Assembly (NCBI GenBank): GCA_963828965.1
Contig: CAWHGL010000005.1
Coordinates: 180,352 to 244,351, forward strand
Length of the DNA: 64,000 nucleotides
Source: an uncultured Chloroflexia bacterium
GTDB taxonomy: Bacteria; Chloroflexota; Limnocylindria; Limnocylindrales; CSP1-4
Direction: 5' to 3'
In this document: positions 23,517 to 37,376 of the stretch, in pieces
Layout: every line of letters starts with the position of its first letter
How positions within the stretch are numbered: position 1 is the stretch's first letter
Translations under genes and position numbers: made by a program
The notes under the pieces: generated by a model
The model's input: only the letters and a program-made list of their open reading frames with translations
Told to the model about the DNA's origin: nothing
Databases searched by the model: none

Positions 23517-24359
23517 ATGACCCGACTCGTTCGCCCGGCCGCGTTGCTCGCCGCCGTGATCCTGCTCCTGGCCGCATGCGGCGGCCCGCCCAAGGCCTCC
23601 GCCCTGACCGATCCGACCGCGATCCTGACCGCGGCCGCCTCCACGACCGCCGCGGCGACGTCGTTCCATGCAGACGTCAAGGCCGATGGCAGCCTGTCGC
23701 TCGATGTCACGGGCACGGGGAACGCCCTGCCCCTGTCGCTCGCCGGATCGACCGCCAACGCCGACGTCGACATCGCCGGTGGCGATGCGCGCGCCACCTT
23801 TACCTTGCCGGGCGTGCTCGGCCTGCGCGGCGAGCTCATCGCCGTCGATGGCACGGGCTATCTCAAGACCAGCCTGACCGGCCCGAACTACCGCTCGGTG
23901 CCGCTCGGCGGCGGCTCGGCGGCCGCGCCATCGGCGAGCCCCGACACGGCCGGCATGCTCGAGGGCCTCACGACGTTCCTGGCTCGCCCCGAGCTCGCCC
24001 CGACCAAGGGCGATGACGTCCCGTGCGGCAGCACCACCTGTTACACGGTGCACATCGAGCTGACACCCGAGGAGCTGACGGCGCTCACCGGCGAAGCGGG
24101 CGCGCTGCCGCTCCCCAGCGGGATGCCGATCCCGCTGCCCGACCTCGGCTCCCTGGGCGTCGATCTCACCGTCCGCGTGGAGCAGGACACCACGCGGCTG
24201 GCCGGTCTCACGGCGGTGATCTCGATGGGCGGCCCGGCCGCCAGTGCCGCGACGGCCTCCGGCGGCTCGGGGACGACCGTCGACGTGACCTTCAGCAAGT
24301 GGAACGAGTCGGTGACGGTCACGGCCCCGCCGGCGGACCAGGTCCAGCCCGCGAGTTGA
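23517..24359 (+). CDS. LppX/LprAFG-like (LolA-fold) lipoprotein
   Basis: Lipobox LLAAC; SFHADV, ELIAVDGTGYLK, FSKWNESVTVTAPPADQV; TTGACA-N17-GAGGCT upstream. Confidence 0.7.
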   Translation: MTRLVRPAALLAAVILLLAACGGPPKASALTDPTAILTAAASTTAAATSFHADVKADGSLSLDVTGTGNALPLSLAGSTANADVDIAGGDARATFTLPGVLGLRGELIAVDGTGYLKTSLTGPNYRSVPLGGGSAAAPSASPDTAGMLEGLTTFLARPELAPTKGDDVPCGSTTCYTVHIELTPEELTALTGEAGALPLPSGMPIPLPDLGSLGVDLTVRVEQDTTRLAGLTAVISMGGPAASAATASGGSGTTVDVTFSKWNESVTVTAPPADQVQPAS

Positions 24360-24393
24360 GGCCCGGGTGGGCCCGCCCACCTAGAATGACGGG

Positions 24394-27067
24394 GTGAGTC
24401 CCGCCTCCCGTCGCCGCCGCGGCGATCCGACCCTCGACGATGCCCTGCAGACCGTCGGGACGACGGTGGGGGAGGTGGTCGACGCCGCCCCGGATGAGCC
24501 CGAGTGGCTGCGTGAGGCGAGCGTCGCGGTCGCTCCGACGACGGATCCGACGGCCCCGCCGCCACCGGCCCCCGACCCGGCCGCGATCGCGGCCCGCCGG
24601 GCCGCCCGCGAGGCTGAGATCGTCAAGGCCCTCAACCCGGAGCAGGCGCGCGCGGTCACGACGACGGAGGGCCCGCTGCTCATCCTCGCCGGGGCCGGGT
24701 CGGGCAAGACGCGCGTGCTGGCCCACCGCATCGCCTACCTCGTCGGGGTCAAGGGCGTCGCGCCGTGGAAGATCCTGGCCGTCACGTTCACCAACCGGGC
24801 CGCGGCCGAGCTGCGCGAGCGGATCATCAGCCTCGTCGGCGAGGGCGGCCGCGACGTCCAGGCCGGGACGTTCCACGCGCTTGTGTGCCCGGGTGCTCCG
24901 CCAGGACGGCGAGGCGATCGGCATCGGCCGTCGGTTCGTCATCTACGACACGGACGACCAGCAGGCGCTCATGAAGCAGGTCCTGCGCGAGCAGGACCTG
25001 CCGCTCACCGGCGAGTTCCGCCCGAGCGCCGTCCTCGGGGCGATCTCGCGGGCCAAGAACGAGATGCTCGACCCGACCTTCCTCTCGGAGAACGCGGCCA
25101 ACCACCGCGAGCGCACCATCGCGCGCCTGGCCTCGCGCTACCAGGAGCGCCTGCAGCGTGCCAACGCGCTCGACTTCGACGACCTGCTGCTCGAGGCCGT
25201 GCGCCTCTTCCAGGAGGCGCCCCAGGTGCTGGCCAAGTACCAGGCCCGCTGGCGGTACCTCCATGTCGACGAGTATCAGGACACCAACCGCGCCCAATAC
25301 CTGTGGGTCCGCGCCCTGGCCGAGCAGCACCACAACCTGTGCGTCGTCGGTGACGACGACCAGTCGATCTACAGCTGGCGCGGCGCCGATCTGCGCAACA
25401 TCCTCGACTTCGAGCGCGATTGGCCGACCACCGCCGTCGTCAAGCTCGAGCGCAACTACCGATCGACCCAGTTGATCCTCGACGCCGCCCACGCCGTCGT
25501 GTCGCGGAACACGGCGCGCAAGGACAAGAAGCTCTGGACCGAGCTCGAGGGCGGGATGAAGATCCAGCGCTTCGAGGCCTACAACGAGGAAGAGGAAGCG
25601 GAGTGGATCGCCCGCCAGGTGGAGACCCTGGTCGGCGGCCGCGGCACGGCCCTCACCCGGCGCGCCGACGACGACGGGTCGGACACGCGGTTCCGCGCAC
25701 GCGAGATCGCGGTCATGTACCGGATGAACGCCCAGTCCCGCGCGATCGAGGAATCGTTCCTGCGCTATGGCATCCGCTACCAGCTCGTGGGTGGCACGCG
25801 GTTCTACAGCCGGCGCGAGGTCAAGGACGCCCTCGCCTACCTGCGCATCCTGCGCAGCGACACGGACAGCGTCAGCTTCGAGCGGATCATCAACGTCCCG
25901 GCCCGGGCGATCGGCGACAGGACGATCGAGGTCCTGCGCGCCGGCGCGGCGGCGGTCGACCCGTCGACCGGCGAGCCCTCGACGACGTGGAGCGCCATCG
26001 AGCGCGGGGCGCGTGGCGAGCTCGAGGGCCTGGCGCCGCGGACGCGGACCGCCCTCGCCGATTTCGCGGCGCTCGTCGGCCGGATGCGGACGCGGGTCGG
26101 GGTGCTGCCGCTCCCCGAGCTCCTCGACGAGGTCCTCGAGGCGTCCGGCTATCGGGCGATGCTGGCGGATGGGTCGGAAGAGGGCGAGGAGCGCTGGGCC
26201 AACCTGCTCGAGCTGCGCTCGGTCACGACCCGCTACGACGACCTGGAGCCCGAGGACGCGCTCGACCGGCTGCTCGAGGAGACGGCGCTGGTCGCCGACC
26301 AGGATTCGTACGAGGGCGACGCGGACGCGGTCACGCTGATCACGCTGCACGCGGCCAAGGGCCTCGAGTTCCCGGTCGTCTTCATCGCCGGGCTGGAGGA
26401 GGGCCTGTTCCCGCACAGCCGGGCGCTCGACGACGAACGCCAGCTCGAGGAGGAGCGGCGCCTCGCCTACGTCGGCATCACCCGGGCCAAGCGACGGCTG
26501 TTCCTGTCCCACGCCTGGCGCCGGGCGACGTGGGGGATGGGCCAGGCGGCCGTCCCGTCACGATTCCTGCTCGAGATCCCGGCCGAGCTGATGAGCGGCC
26601 CGCGGCTGGGCGGCCTCGACGAACCGGACCGCGACCTCGACCTGGATCTCGTCTTCGGGGCGCGTCGGGCGAGCCGTTTCGGGACCCCCGTCCGCGGCGG
26701 TGGCGGCGCGGCTTATCGGCAGGGCAGCGGCCGGCCCGGCGCGCCGGCCGAGGGTGAGACCTTCCGTCCGTCACGCGACCTCGCGGCGAAGCGCGAGGCG
26801 TTCGAGGCCGGGGCACCGTCGGGGACGCTCGTCCCGGGGGCTTCGGGCGCGTCGTCGGCGCCTGCACGCCCGGCCCGACCGGTGATCCCGGGCGAGCGCC
26901 AGTTCCGCGACGGCGATCGTGTTCGCCACGGCCGATGGGGCGACGGCATCGTCGTGACGTCCAAGCTGACCCGCAGCGACGAGGAGATCACGGTCGCCTT
27001 CCGCGACTCGACCGTCGGGCGCAAGACGATGCTGGCCAGCCTCGCGAACCTCGAGATCATCGGCTAG
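24394..27067 (+). CDS. pcrA: ATP-dependent DNA helicase PcrA/UvrD; frameshift near 24893
   Basis: [73 protein letters not shown]-terminal [10 protein letters not shown] Tudor-like domain. Confidence 0.95.
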
Positions 27068-27109
27068 CCGTCGCGGCAGCGCGGGTCGCGGTCGGCCGCC
27101 GGCCGAGGG

Positions 27110-27706
27110 TCAGGCCGTGGCCCCGGCCTCCTCGAGCAGGTGCGCGGTCTCGGTCTGCCCGCGGGCCCGGGCGTGGGCGAGCGGCCGGACCCCGTCGCCG
27201 TCGGCGAGGTCCGGATCCGCGCCATGCTCGAGCAGCAGCGCGACGATCTCCTGGTGGCGTGGGCCGCCGTCGGACAGCAGGATCGCCTCCAGGAGCGCCG
27301 TCCAGCCGAGCCGGTTGACGTGGTCCACGTCCACGTCGGACTCGGCCAGGAGGTAGCGAACGGTCTCGACGTGGCCGCGTTCGGAGGCCGGGATGAGGGC
27401 GATGCCGCCGTAGCGGTTCGTGATCGCGGGGTCCGCGCCGGCCTCGTTGACGAGCCGCAGGATGTCGAGCAGCCCCTCGGCGCCGGCGTACAGGAACGGG
27501 TTGTCGAGGATGTCGTCCTGCAGGTCGACATCGGCACCGGCGTCCAGGAGCGCTCGCACGGCCTCGGTCTGGCGGGCCCGGGTGGCGACCAGCAGGGCGG
27601 TGCGACCGTCGGCATCGCGCTCGTCCACGGCGGCCCCCGCCCGCAGGGCGTCGGCGATCCCGGCGACATCGCCAGTGTCCGCGGCGCGGTGGAGGGGGAG
27701 GTCCAT
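27110..27706 (-). CDS. Ankyrin repeat protein
   Basis: Repeats GRTALLVA, GGIALIPA, GWTALLEA, GADPDL. Confidence 0.88.
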   Translation of the reverse strand: MDLPLHRAADTGDVAGIADALRAGAAVDERDADGRTALLVATRARQTEAVRALLDAGADVDLQDDILDNPFLYAGAEGLLDILRLVNEAGADPAITNRYGGIALIPASERGHVETVRYLLAESDVDVDHVNRLGWTALLEAILLSDGGPRHQEIVALLLEHGADPDLADGDGVRPLAHARARGQTETAHLLEEAGATA

Positions 27707-27739
27707 CGCGCCATGCTACGGGGCGCTAGGATGCGGCGC

Positions 27740-28831
27740 ATGGACCCCCGTGACGCCGTGCGCCTCGCCGACTTCGAGCCGGCCGCGCGCGACGCCCTGC
27801 CGCCCGCGATCTACGACTACGTCGCCGGTGGCGCCTGGGACGAGATCACGCTGGCCGAGAACGAGGCGGCGTGGCGGCGTCGGCGGCTGCGCCCACGGGT
27901 CCTCGTCGACGTCAGCGCGATCGACCCGTCGACCACGCTGCTCGGCCGCCCGGCGGCGATGCCCGTCGCCATCGCCCCGATGGCCGCCCACGGCCTCGTC
28001 CACCCCGACGCCGAACTCGCGACCGCCCGAGCCGCCGCCGCTGCCGGGGTGCCATTCACGTTGTCGACCATGTCGACGCGGGCCATCGAAGAGGTTGCCG
28101 CGGCGACCCCCGACGGGACGAACTGGTTCCAGCTCTACACCCAGGCGGAGCCGTCGCGGACCCGATCGCTCGTCGAGCGCGCCGCCGCGGCCGGCTACCG
28201 CGCGATCGTGCTGACCGTGGACCTGCCGCGGCTCGGCTACCGGGAGCGCGACCGTCGCACCGGCTTCGACCTGCCCGAACCGCACGGCAACTTCGTGGAT
28301 CCGCCCACGCACGCGGCCGGCCAGCATGCGGGCGGCTTCGGCCCGCTGGAGGAGCTGCTCGATAGCGGCCTGTCATGGGCCGACCTCGCGACCATCCGCA
28401 GTTGGTCGCCGTTGCCGCTCGTGCTCAAGGGCATCCTCACGGCCGAGGACGCCTGCCTCGCGCTGGAGCACGGTGTGGACGGGATCGTCGTGAGCAATCA
28501 CGGGGCTCGCCAGCTCGACCGGGTGCCCGCCACGATCGACGTCCTCGAGGAGATCGTCGCGGCGGTCGGCGGGCGGACCGAGATCTGGGTCGACGGCGGC
28601 GTTCGGCGCGGCCTCGACATCGCGATGGCCGTGGCGCTGGGCGCCCGCGGCGTGCTGGTCGGCAAGCCCATCCTGTGGTCCCTGGCGGCGGCCGGGCAGG
28701 CCGGGGTCGAGCGGGCACTGGCGATCCTGCGCGAGGAGTTCGAGATCGCGCTCGCGTTGCTCGGCGCCTCGACGCCCGCGGCCCTGGAGCCCGCCCACGT
28801 CGCTCGAGAACGACCCCCGACCGCGACCTGA
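27740..28831 (+). CDS. FMN-dependent alpha-hydroxy acid oxidase/dehydrogenase
   Basis: YDYVAGGA, WFQLY, LTVDLP, LVLKGI, VSNHGARQLD, VDGGVRRGLD. Confidence 0.92.
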   Translation: MDPRDAVRLADFEPAARDALPPAIYDYVAGGAWDEITLAENEAAWRRRRLRPRVLVDVSAIDPSTTLLGRPAAMPVAIAPMAAHGLVHPDAELATARAAAAAGVPFTLSTMSTRAIEEVAAATPDGTNWFQLYTQAEPSRTRSLVERAAAAGYRAIVLTVDLPRLGYRERDRRTGFDLPEPHGNFVDPPTHAAGQHAGGFGPLEELLDSGLSWADLATIRSWSPLPLVLKGILTAEDACLALEHGVDGIVVSNHGARQLDRVPATIDVLEEIVAAVGGRTEIWVDGGVRRGLDIAMAVALGARGVLVGKPILWSLAAAGQAGVERALAILREEFEIALALLGASTPAALEPAHVARERPPTAT

Positions 28832-28957
28832 ACGCGTCCGAATCGGCGCCGACAGCCGCCCCGGCGGCGTGGCAGGGTGAAGGTCGATCGAAAGGGAGGC
28901 CAGCAGGCCGATGACCCGTCGATCGCTTCCCCTGACCACCCTTGAGGTTTCATCACC

Positions 28958-29185
28958 ATGTTCGACCGTGTCCGACTCGTGGAGCTCATCGAGAGCGCCA
29001 TCGACGCCGATCCCACCTGCCCCGTCTGCGACGCGCCGAACGAGGTCGTCGACGAGGATGGCGCCCTCGTCCTGCGCTGCAGCGCCACAGCCACGACCAC
29101 GAGCGTCTTCGGACGGCTCATGGCGGTCGTGATGCCGCACTTCCACCACGTCCTGCTCGAGGCCGAGGAGCGAATCGCCGCCTGA
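28958..29185 (+). CDS. Small hypothetical protein, possible zinc binder (75 aa)
   Basis: CPVC plus further Cys and His; strong GC3 codon style. Confidence 0.6.
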   Translation: MFDRVRLVELIESAIDADPTCPVCDAPNEVVDEDGALVLRCSATATTTSVFGRLMAVVMPHFHHVLLEAEERIAA

Positions 29186-31477
<2,292 letters not shown>

Positions 31478-31500
31478 CGCGCGATCCATCGAGGAGACCC

Positions 31501-31939
31501 ATGACCCACCCGAACATCGAGCTCATGCGCCGCTACTCGGCGGCGCTGACCGCCGGCAAGGCGGTCGATGCCCTGCCGTTCTACGCCGAGGACCTCGTCC
31601 TGCACATCCCGGGCCGGAGCCCGCACGCCGGGACGTTCCGTGGCCAGGACGCCGTGCTGGCCTACTACACCCGGATCTTCCGGGACACCGACGGCAGGTT
31701 CCAGCCGCTCGGCGTCGACGACATCCTCGCCAGCGACACCCATGCCGCGAGCCTCGTCCGCTGGCGGGTCGAGCGCGACGGCAAGACGCTCGAGATCGAC
31801 CGCGTCGTCATCTACCGGATCGAGGACGAGCGGATCGCGGAGATCTGGGTCCACGACTGGGACCAGTACGCCTACGACGAGCTGTTCGCGACGGCGGGCG
31901 ACGGCAAGCCGGCACCGAGCGGGGACCGATCCGGCCTAG
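31501..31939 (+). CDS. SnoaL/NTF2-like protein; probable frameshift in the last codons
   Basis: GAGGAG RBS; HIPGRSPHAGTFRGQDAV, DQYAYDELF. Its own frame has no stop; the TAG at 31937-31939 overlaps the convergent gene's stop. Confidence 0.75.
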
Positions 31940-32445
31940 CGGCGACCCGCCGCGTAGCGCTCCATCAGCTCGGTCACCGCGGTCCGGGCGGCCTGCCATT
32001 CGGGCTGGTCGCCGAGGATCTCGCCGTCCGGCCCCCAGCGGCGGAGCTGGGTCATGGCGGTCACGATCATGTCGTGGGCGAGCTGCCGATTGCGCCCGGC
32101 GTCGATCTGACCGGTCACGAGATAGCGACGGACGGTCTCGTACGGCGCCGTCCAGCGACCCCAGCGCAGGCGGTCGCCCTCGCGCAGGGTCTCGAGCCAC
32201 TCGTCGTCACCGACCGGGCGCCGATCGTGCTCGGTCATGTGATGGCGCAGGTCGACCCGCAGGCCGGGGAGCGACAGGCTCGGCGTCCGCCCGTCGTCGT
32301 CGACGACGAGATAGCACACGGGGCACTGCGGCAGCTCGGCGTCCTCGCGCGGCGCGTCGCCATACGGCAGTCCGCAGCGGCGGCAGAACGTGGCATCGGC
32401 GCGGACGGCGGGGGTCCCGCACTGGAGGCAGCTGACAGCGATCAT
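31936..32445 (-). CDS. Hypothetical zinc-ribbon protein
   Basis: CLQC, CRRC, CPVC and HMTEH motifs in ORF 31936..32475. Confidence 0.65.
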   Translation of the reverse strand: MIAVSCLQCGTPAVRADATFCRRCGLPYGDAPREDAELPQCPVCYLVVDDDGRTPSLSLPGLRVDLRHHMTEHDRRPVGDDEWLETLREGDRLRWGRWTAPYETVRRYLVTGQIDAGRNRQLAHDMIVTAMTQLRRWGPDGEILGDQPEWQAARTAVTELMERYAAGRR

Positions 32446-32528
32446 CGTGTGGAGCATCGCCGCCGGGCACCGCACAAGGCCATCCCACCATCGGTCCGGC
32501 CCAGGGGCCGCCAGTCGTCCTGCCCGGG

Positions 32529-33405
32529 TCAGCCCACGGCGTGGTTGAACTGGCCCCAGATGCCGTCCGGATGCCAGTCGAGCGCATCGCCGCGGACCAT
32601 CCGCGGGGCGCCCCAGGCATCCGTCCAGCCGTCCGCGACCAGGCTCGCCAGACCCGCGACGTTCTCCGCGAGGAGGCCTGCACGGACCCGGCCATCGGGC
32701 CCCGACGTGGCCCGCCGGGCATGGAGCAGCAGCTGGGCATCCGCGGGATCAGGGGCGATCGTGGCGCCGCCACCCCACGGCGCCCGGATCACGAACCCGC
32801 GCAGCTCGTCGTCCGGCCCGGCGACGACGCGCGCCGTGTCCGGTCTCGCGAAGGCCGCGATCAGGTGACGCCGGTCTTCGCCGGTGATCGAGCGATCCAG
32901 GGCGACCGCGGCCTCCAGGTCAGCGGGTCGCCACGGGCGAACCGTGCGCTCCGACGTCGGCGCCGAGCGCGTCGGCCGGGTCGATGCCCGACGCCTCGAG
33001 GATGCGGTAGTGCGTCTGCACCGTGAACCCGAGCCGCTCGTACAGCGGCCGTCCCGCATCCGTCGCCACGAGGACGAGTGTCCGGCAGCCGGCGGCCTCG
33101 GCCGCCTCGATGGTGGCCTCGGTCAGCCCGCGACCCAGGCCGCGGCCGCGCCACGCCGGCTCCACCCAGATCGTGCCGATCCATCCGACCGGGCCGCTGA
33201 CCGTCGCCACCCCGGTCCCGACGATCTCGCCCGAGGTCGCCTCGGCCACGAAGGCATGGATGACGGGGCTCGCGACCGCGAATTCGAACCAGGCCCGACG
33301 GTCGCCCCAGCCACTGGCGACGACGGCGGCACTGGCGGGCTCGACGTCGGTAGTCGCCATCGACCTCAGGGCGGGTTCCGGCGGATGGACGATCCCGGTG
33401 CTCAT
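32529..33405 (-). CDS. GNAT acetyltransferase (two-domain); frameshift near 32955
   Basis: WIGTIWVEPAWRGRGLG, GRPLYERLGF; second domain continues in another frame (GEDRRHLI...WGQFNHAVG). Confidence 0.8.
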
Positions 33406-33423
33406 GGCCGTTATCATCGGGCC

Positions 33424-33723
33424 ATGGCCACCCTGTCGCGCGCCGACGTCGACCACGTCGCCCATCTCGCCCGCCTCGGCCTCACCGACGAGGAGCTGAC
33501 GCGTCTGGAGGGCCAGCTCAACCACATCCTCGACCAGTACGCGATCCTGGCCACGGTCCCGACCGATCACATCGCCCCGACGGCCCAGACGATCGAGCTC
33601 GAGAACATCCTGCGCGAGGATGTGGCCCGCCCGTCGCTGACGGTCGACGAGGTCCTCGCGAACGCGCCCGCGCGCGAAGGCGACTTCGTGGTCGTGCCGG
33701 CCATCCTGGCCGAGCGCGACTGA
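33424..33723 (+). CDS. gatC: Asp/Glu-tRNA amidotransferase subunit C
   Basis: [33 protein letters not shown]; directly upstream of gatA. Confidence 0.92.
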   Translation: MATLSRADVDHVAHLARLGLTDEELTRLEGQLNHILDQYAILATVPTDHIAPTAQTIELENILREDVARPSLTVDEVLANAPAREGDFVVVPAILAERD

Positions 33724-33733
33724 CGGCCGGCCG

Positions 33734-35323
33734 ATGACCACCGACCCGACCCGACTGCAAGCCCACGAGATGGCCGACGCCCTGCGCGCGGGTGAGGCAT
33801 CCTCACGGGACCTGACCGAGGCGCATCTCGCCCTCGCCGAGCGCCAGGATCACGCGCTCAACGCCTGGCTGACCATCGACCGCGAGCGGGCGCTCGCCGA
33901 GGCCGATGCCGCAGACGCGCGGCTCGCGGCGGCGCGCGGGGAGGGGAGCGCCGCCATCGATGCCCTGCATCCGCTGCTGGGCGTCCCGGTCGCGCTCAAG
34001 GACCTCGTGTCGGTCAAGGGCGGTCAATGCACCGCCGGCTCGCGCATCCTCGCGGGTTACCGGTCGCCGTACGACGCGCACATCACCGAGCGACTGCGCG
34101 ATGTCGGGGCCGTGATCCTCGGCAAGACGAACATGGACGAGTTCGCGATGGGCTCCTCGACGGAGCACTCGGCGTTCGGCCCGACTGCGAACCCGTGGGC
34201 CCTGGACCGCGTCCCCGGTGGCAGCAGCGGCGGTTCGGCGGCGGCCGTGGCCGCGTTCCACGCGCCGCTCGGGATCGGCACCGACACGGGCGGCTCGATC
34301 CGCCAGCCGGCGGCCCTGACCGGGACCGTCGGGCTCAAGCCGACGTACGGTCGCGTCAGCCGCTACGGGATCGTGGCCTTCGCCTCCTCGCTCGACCAGA
34401 TCGGCCCGTTCGCCCGCGATGCCCGGGATGCGGCCGCGCTGCTCCACGCGATCGCCGGCCGCGACGAGCGGGATTCGACCTCCTCGCCAGTCCCGGTGCC
34501 CGACGCGCTCCTGCAGCTCCCGGCCTCGGACGACGAGGCCGCGGCGACGCTCCGTGGCAAGCGCCTGGGGCTCCCTCGCGAGTATTTCGTGGCGGGCATG
34601 GAGCCGGCCGTCGAGGCGCGGGTGCGCGAGGCGGTGGCCGCTCTCGAGGCGGCCGGGGCGACCGTCGAGGACGTCTCGCTCCCGCACACGGAGTACGGCC
34701 TCGCCACGTACTACATCGTCGCCCCCGCCGAGGCCTCGGCCAACCTGGCCCGCTACGACGGCATCCGCTACGGACCTCGCCTGGGCGAGGGTCAGGACGT
34801 CCTCGCCGACTACCTGGCGACACGCGGCGCAGGCTTCGGGGCGGAGGTGAAGCGCCGGATCATGCTCGGGACGTATGCGCTCTCGGCGGGCTACTACGAC
34901 GCCTACTACCTCAAGGCCCAGAAGGTCCGCACGCTCATCAAGGGCGACTTCGACGCACTCTGGGCGCAGGGCTTCGATGCCCTCGTCGCCCCGACCTCGC
35001 CGACGGTCGCGTTCCGGTTCGGCGACCGCATGGACGATCCCGTGGCCATGTACCTGTCGGATGCGTGCACACTGCCGGTGAACATGGCCGGCCTGCCCGG
35101 GATCTCGATCCCGGCCGGACTGGCCGACGGCCTGCCGGTCGGGCTGCAGCTCATCGGCGCGCCGTGGTCGGAGGCGGAGCTGCTCGGCCTCGCCCGCGGC
35201 TACGAGGCGATCACGGCGGACGCAGACTGGCGGTCGCTGGAGCCCACCGATCTCGCCGCACTCGATGACCCGGCAACACCCAACCCGAAGGAGCGGATGG
35301 CCATGATGACGGTGCAAGCATGA
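33734..35323 (+). CDS. gatA: Asp/Glu-tRNA amidotransferase subunit A
   Basis: [54 protein letters not shown]. Confidence 0.96.
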   Translation: MTTDPTRLQAHEMADALRAGEASSRDLTEAHLALAERQDHALNAWLTIDRERALAEADAADARLAAARGEGSAAIDALHPLLGVPVALKDLVSVKGGQCTAGSRILAGYRSPYDAHITERLRDVGAVILGKTNMDEFAMGSSTEHSAFGPTANPWALDRVPGGSSGGSAAAVAAFHAPLGIGTDTGGSIRQPAALTGTVGLKPTYGRVSRYGIVAFASSLDQIGPFARDARDAAALLHAIAGRDERDSTSSPVPVPDALLQLPASDDEAAATLRGKRLGLPREYFVAGMEPAVEARVREAVAALEAAGATVEDVSLPHTEYGLATYYIVAPAEASANLARYDGIRYGPRLGEGQDVLADYLATRGAGFGAEVKRRIMLGTYALSAGYYDAYYLKAQKVRTLIKGDFDALWAQGFDALVAPTSPTVAFRFGDRMDDPVAMYLSDACTLPVNMAGLPGISIPAGLADGLPVGLQLIGAPWSEAELLGLARGYEAITADADWRSLEPTDLAALDDPATPNPKERMAMMTVQA

Positions 35324-35940
35324 ACAACGGGCTCGTCCCCACCGATTGGAACGCGTTCTTCCTGGCGGCCGCGATCGCCGGCACGGTGTCGAGCGGCCTG
35401 CTCGCCCTGGCCCTTGCCGGACAGGTCCGTGCCATCGATGCCGCACGGGGCGGCGTCGCGCGGGCGGCGGAGGCCATCCTCCTGCCACTGACCGTCGGGT
35501 TGGTGGGGATCGCCGGGCTGTGGCCGGCCGATCGCCCCACGTTCGTGGGCATCGCCGTCGCGGTGGTCGGGATCGGTGGGTGGCTCGCCGTGACCAGCCA
35601 GCTGATGCGTGGTGGCCGAGGGACCGGCCCGTCCCTGGCCAACCGGTCGCCGGTGCGGATCGTGTTCGGCCAGCTCACCACGCTCGCCGCCGTCGTGGCG
35701 GGCGCGCTCCTGGCGATCGAGGCCGTCCCTGGGCTCGACCCGGTGCTGCTGAGCGTCGGTGCGGGGCTGGTCGGCGGACCGTTCCTGGGTGCCTTGCTCC
35801 TGCTCGACCTGGACCGCGCGGCAGCCGGCGCCGCCGCCGCCCCGATCGCACGGACCGCACCGACCCCGCCGCCGAGCCCCGCCGGGCGTCCGGTCGACGC
35901 CGCGACGACCGATACCTCCCGGATCGACCTGCCGCGCTGA
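35320..35940 (+). CDS. Hypothetical multi-pass membrane protein
   Basis: About five hydrophobic segments; ATGA overlap with the gatA stop. Confidence 0.65.
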   Translation: MNNGLVPTDWNAFFLAAAIAGTVSSGLLALALAGQVRAIDAARGGVARAAEAILLPLTVGLVGIAGLWPADRPTFVGIAVAVVGIGGWLAVTSQLMRGGRGTGPSLANRSPVRIVFGQLTTLAAVVAGALLAIEAVPGLDPVLLSVGAGLVGGPFLGALLLLDLDRAAAGAAAAPIARTAPTPPPSPAGRPVDAATTDTSRIDLPR

Positions 35941-36002
35941 ACCGGGGCGCGGTGCAGGCCGCGGCGGCCTCCCGACCGCACGCGATACCGTAGGCTCCAC
36001 GC

Positions 36003-37214
36003 ATGACCACGGACCTGCCCGAACGCACCGCTCGACCGCCGCTCGCGGAACGGGCCCTTGCCGAACGGGTCCATGCCGTGCCGCCGTCGGGCATCCGGCG
36101 CTTCTTCGACATCCTGGCCACGATGGACGACGTCATCAGCCTGGGGGTCGGTGAGCCCGACTTCGACACGCCCCGGGTCATCGTCGAGGCCGGCGTCGAA
36201 TCCCTACGCGAGGGCCGGACCCACTACACCTCCAACCACGGCACCCTCGAGCTGCGGCGCGCGCTGAGCGCGCACCTCGAGCGGCGGTACGGGGTGCGAT
36301 ACGACCCGGCGACCGAGATCCTCATCACGGTCGGGGCGTCGGAGGCGCTCGACCTCGCCCTGCGCGCGACGTGCGACCCGGGCGACGAGGTGATCCTGCA
36401 CGAACCGTCGTACGTGGCCTACATCCCGGCCATCGTCTTCGCCGGCGGCACGCCCGTCCTCGTGCCCACCCGGTTCGACGACGATTTCGCGCTCGATCCG
36501 GCGGCCGTCGAGGCCGCGATCACCCCGCGGACGAAGGCGCTCTTCCTGGGCTACCCATCGAACCCGACGGGCGCCGTGCTGCCCGACGCGGTCCAGGACG
36601 AGCTCGCCGCCATCGCCGAGCGCCACGACCTGCTCGTCTACAGCGACGAGATCTACGACCGCCTGGCCTACGGCGCCTACCGCCATCGGGCGTTCAGCGC
36701 GCTGCCCGGCATGCGCGAGCGGACGATCCTCATGGGTGGCTTCTCGAAGGCGTACGCGATGACCGGCTGGCGGGTCGGCTACGTGGCGGCGCCGGCGGGC
36801 ATCCTCGATGGTCTGGTCAAGGTCCATCAGTACGGGATCATGTCCGCCCCGACGATGGCCCAGGACGCCGCACTGGCGGCGGTCATCGATGGCGAGGCCG
36901 ACGTCGAGCGCATGGTCGCCGAGTACGACCGCCGGCGACGCCTGCTGGTCGACGGGCTCAACGCCATGGGTCTCGCCACGTTCGAGCCGCTCGGGGCGTT
37001 CTACGTCTTCCCGCGCATCGAGTCGACCGGGCTCAGCGACGAGGCCTTCGCCGAACGGCTGCTGACCGAGGAACGGGTGGCGGTCGTGCCCGGGAGCGCC
37101 TTCGGGCCGTCCGGGGCCGGGCACGTCCGCATGTGCTACGCGACCTCGTACGAACAGCTCGAGGAGGCGCTCCGGCGGATCGGCCGGTTCGTCGAGCGGG
37201 TTCGCGCCGGCTGA
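36003..37214 (+). CDS. PLP-dependent aminotransferase class I/II (aspartate aminotransferase-like)
   Basis: SLGVGEPDF, SNPTG, SDEIY, GFSKAYAMTGWRVG, GAFY, VPGSAFG. Confidence 0.93.
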   Translation: MTTDLPERTARPPLAERALAERVHAVPPSGIRRFFDILATMDDVISLGVGEPDFDTPRVIVEAGVESLREGRTHYTSNHGTLELRRALSAHLERRYGVRYDPATEILITVGASEALDLALRATCDPGDEVILHEPSYVAYIPAIVFAGGTPVLVPTRFDDDFALDPAAVEAAITPRTKALFLGYPSNPTGAVLPDAVQDELAAIAERHDLLVYSDEIYDRLAYGAYRHRAFSALPGMRERTILMGGFSKAYAMTGWRVGYVAAPAGILDGLVKVHQYGIMSAPTMAQDAALAAVIDGEADVERMVAEYDRRRRLLVDGLNAMGLATFEPLGAFYVFPRIESTGLSDEAFAERLLTEERVAVVPGSAFGPSGAGHVRMCYATSYEQLEEALRRIGRFVERVRAG

Positions 37215-37376
37215 CATCGGGCCACGAAGTCCTGGGCCAGCCTGGGCCGAACGGGTCGTGGGTAACGTCGGGAGACCCGCGCTAGCATGACCCGGAACCC
37301 TCACATGAACATTGTCGTGCCGCGCGGGCTCCCCGGTGCCCGACGCACGAGCCACCCGTCACCTCCGGAGGTCACC

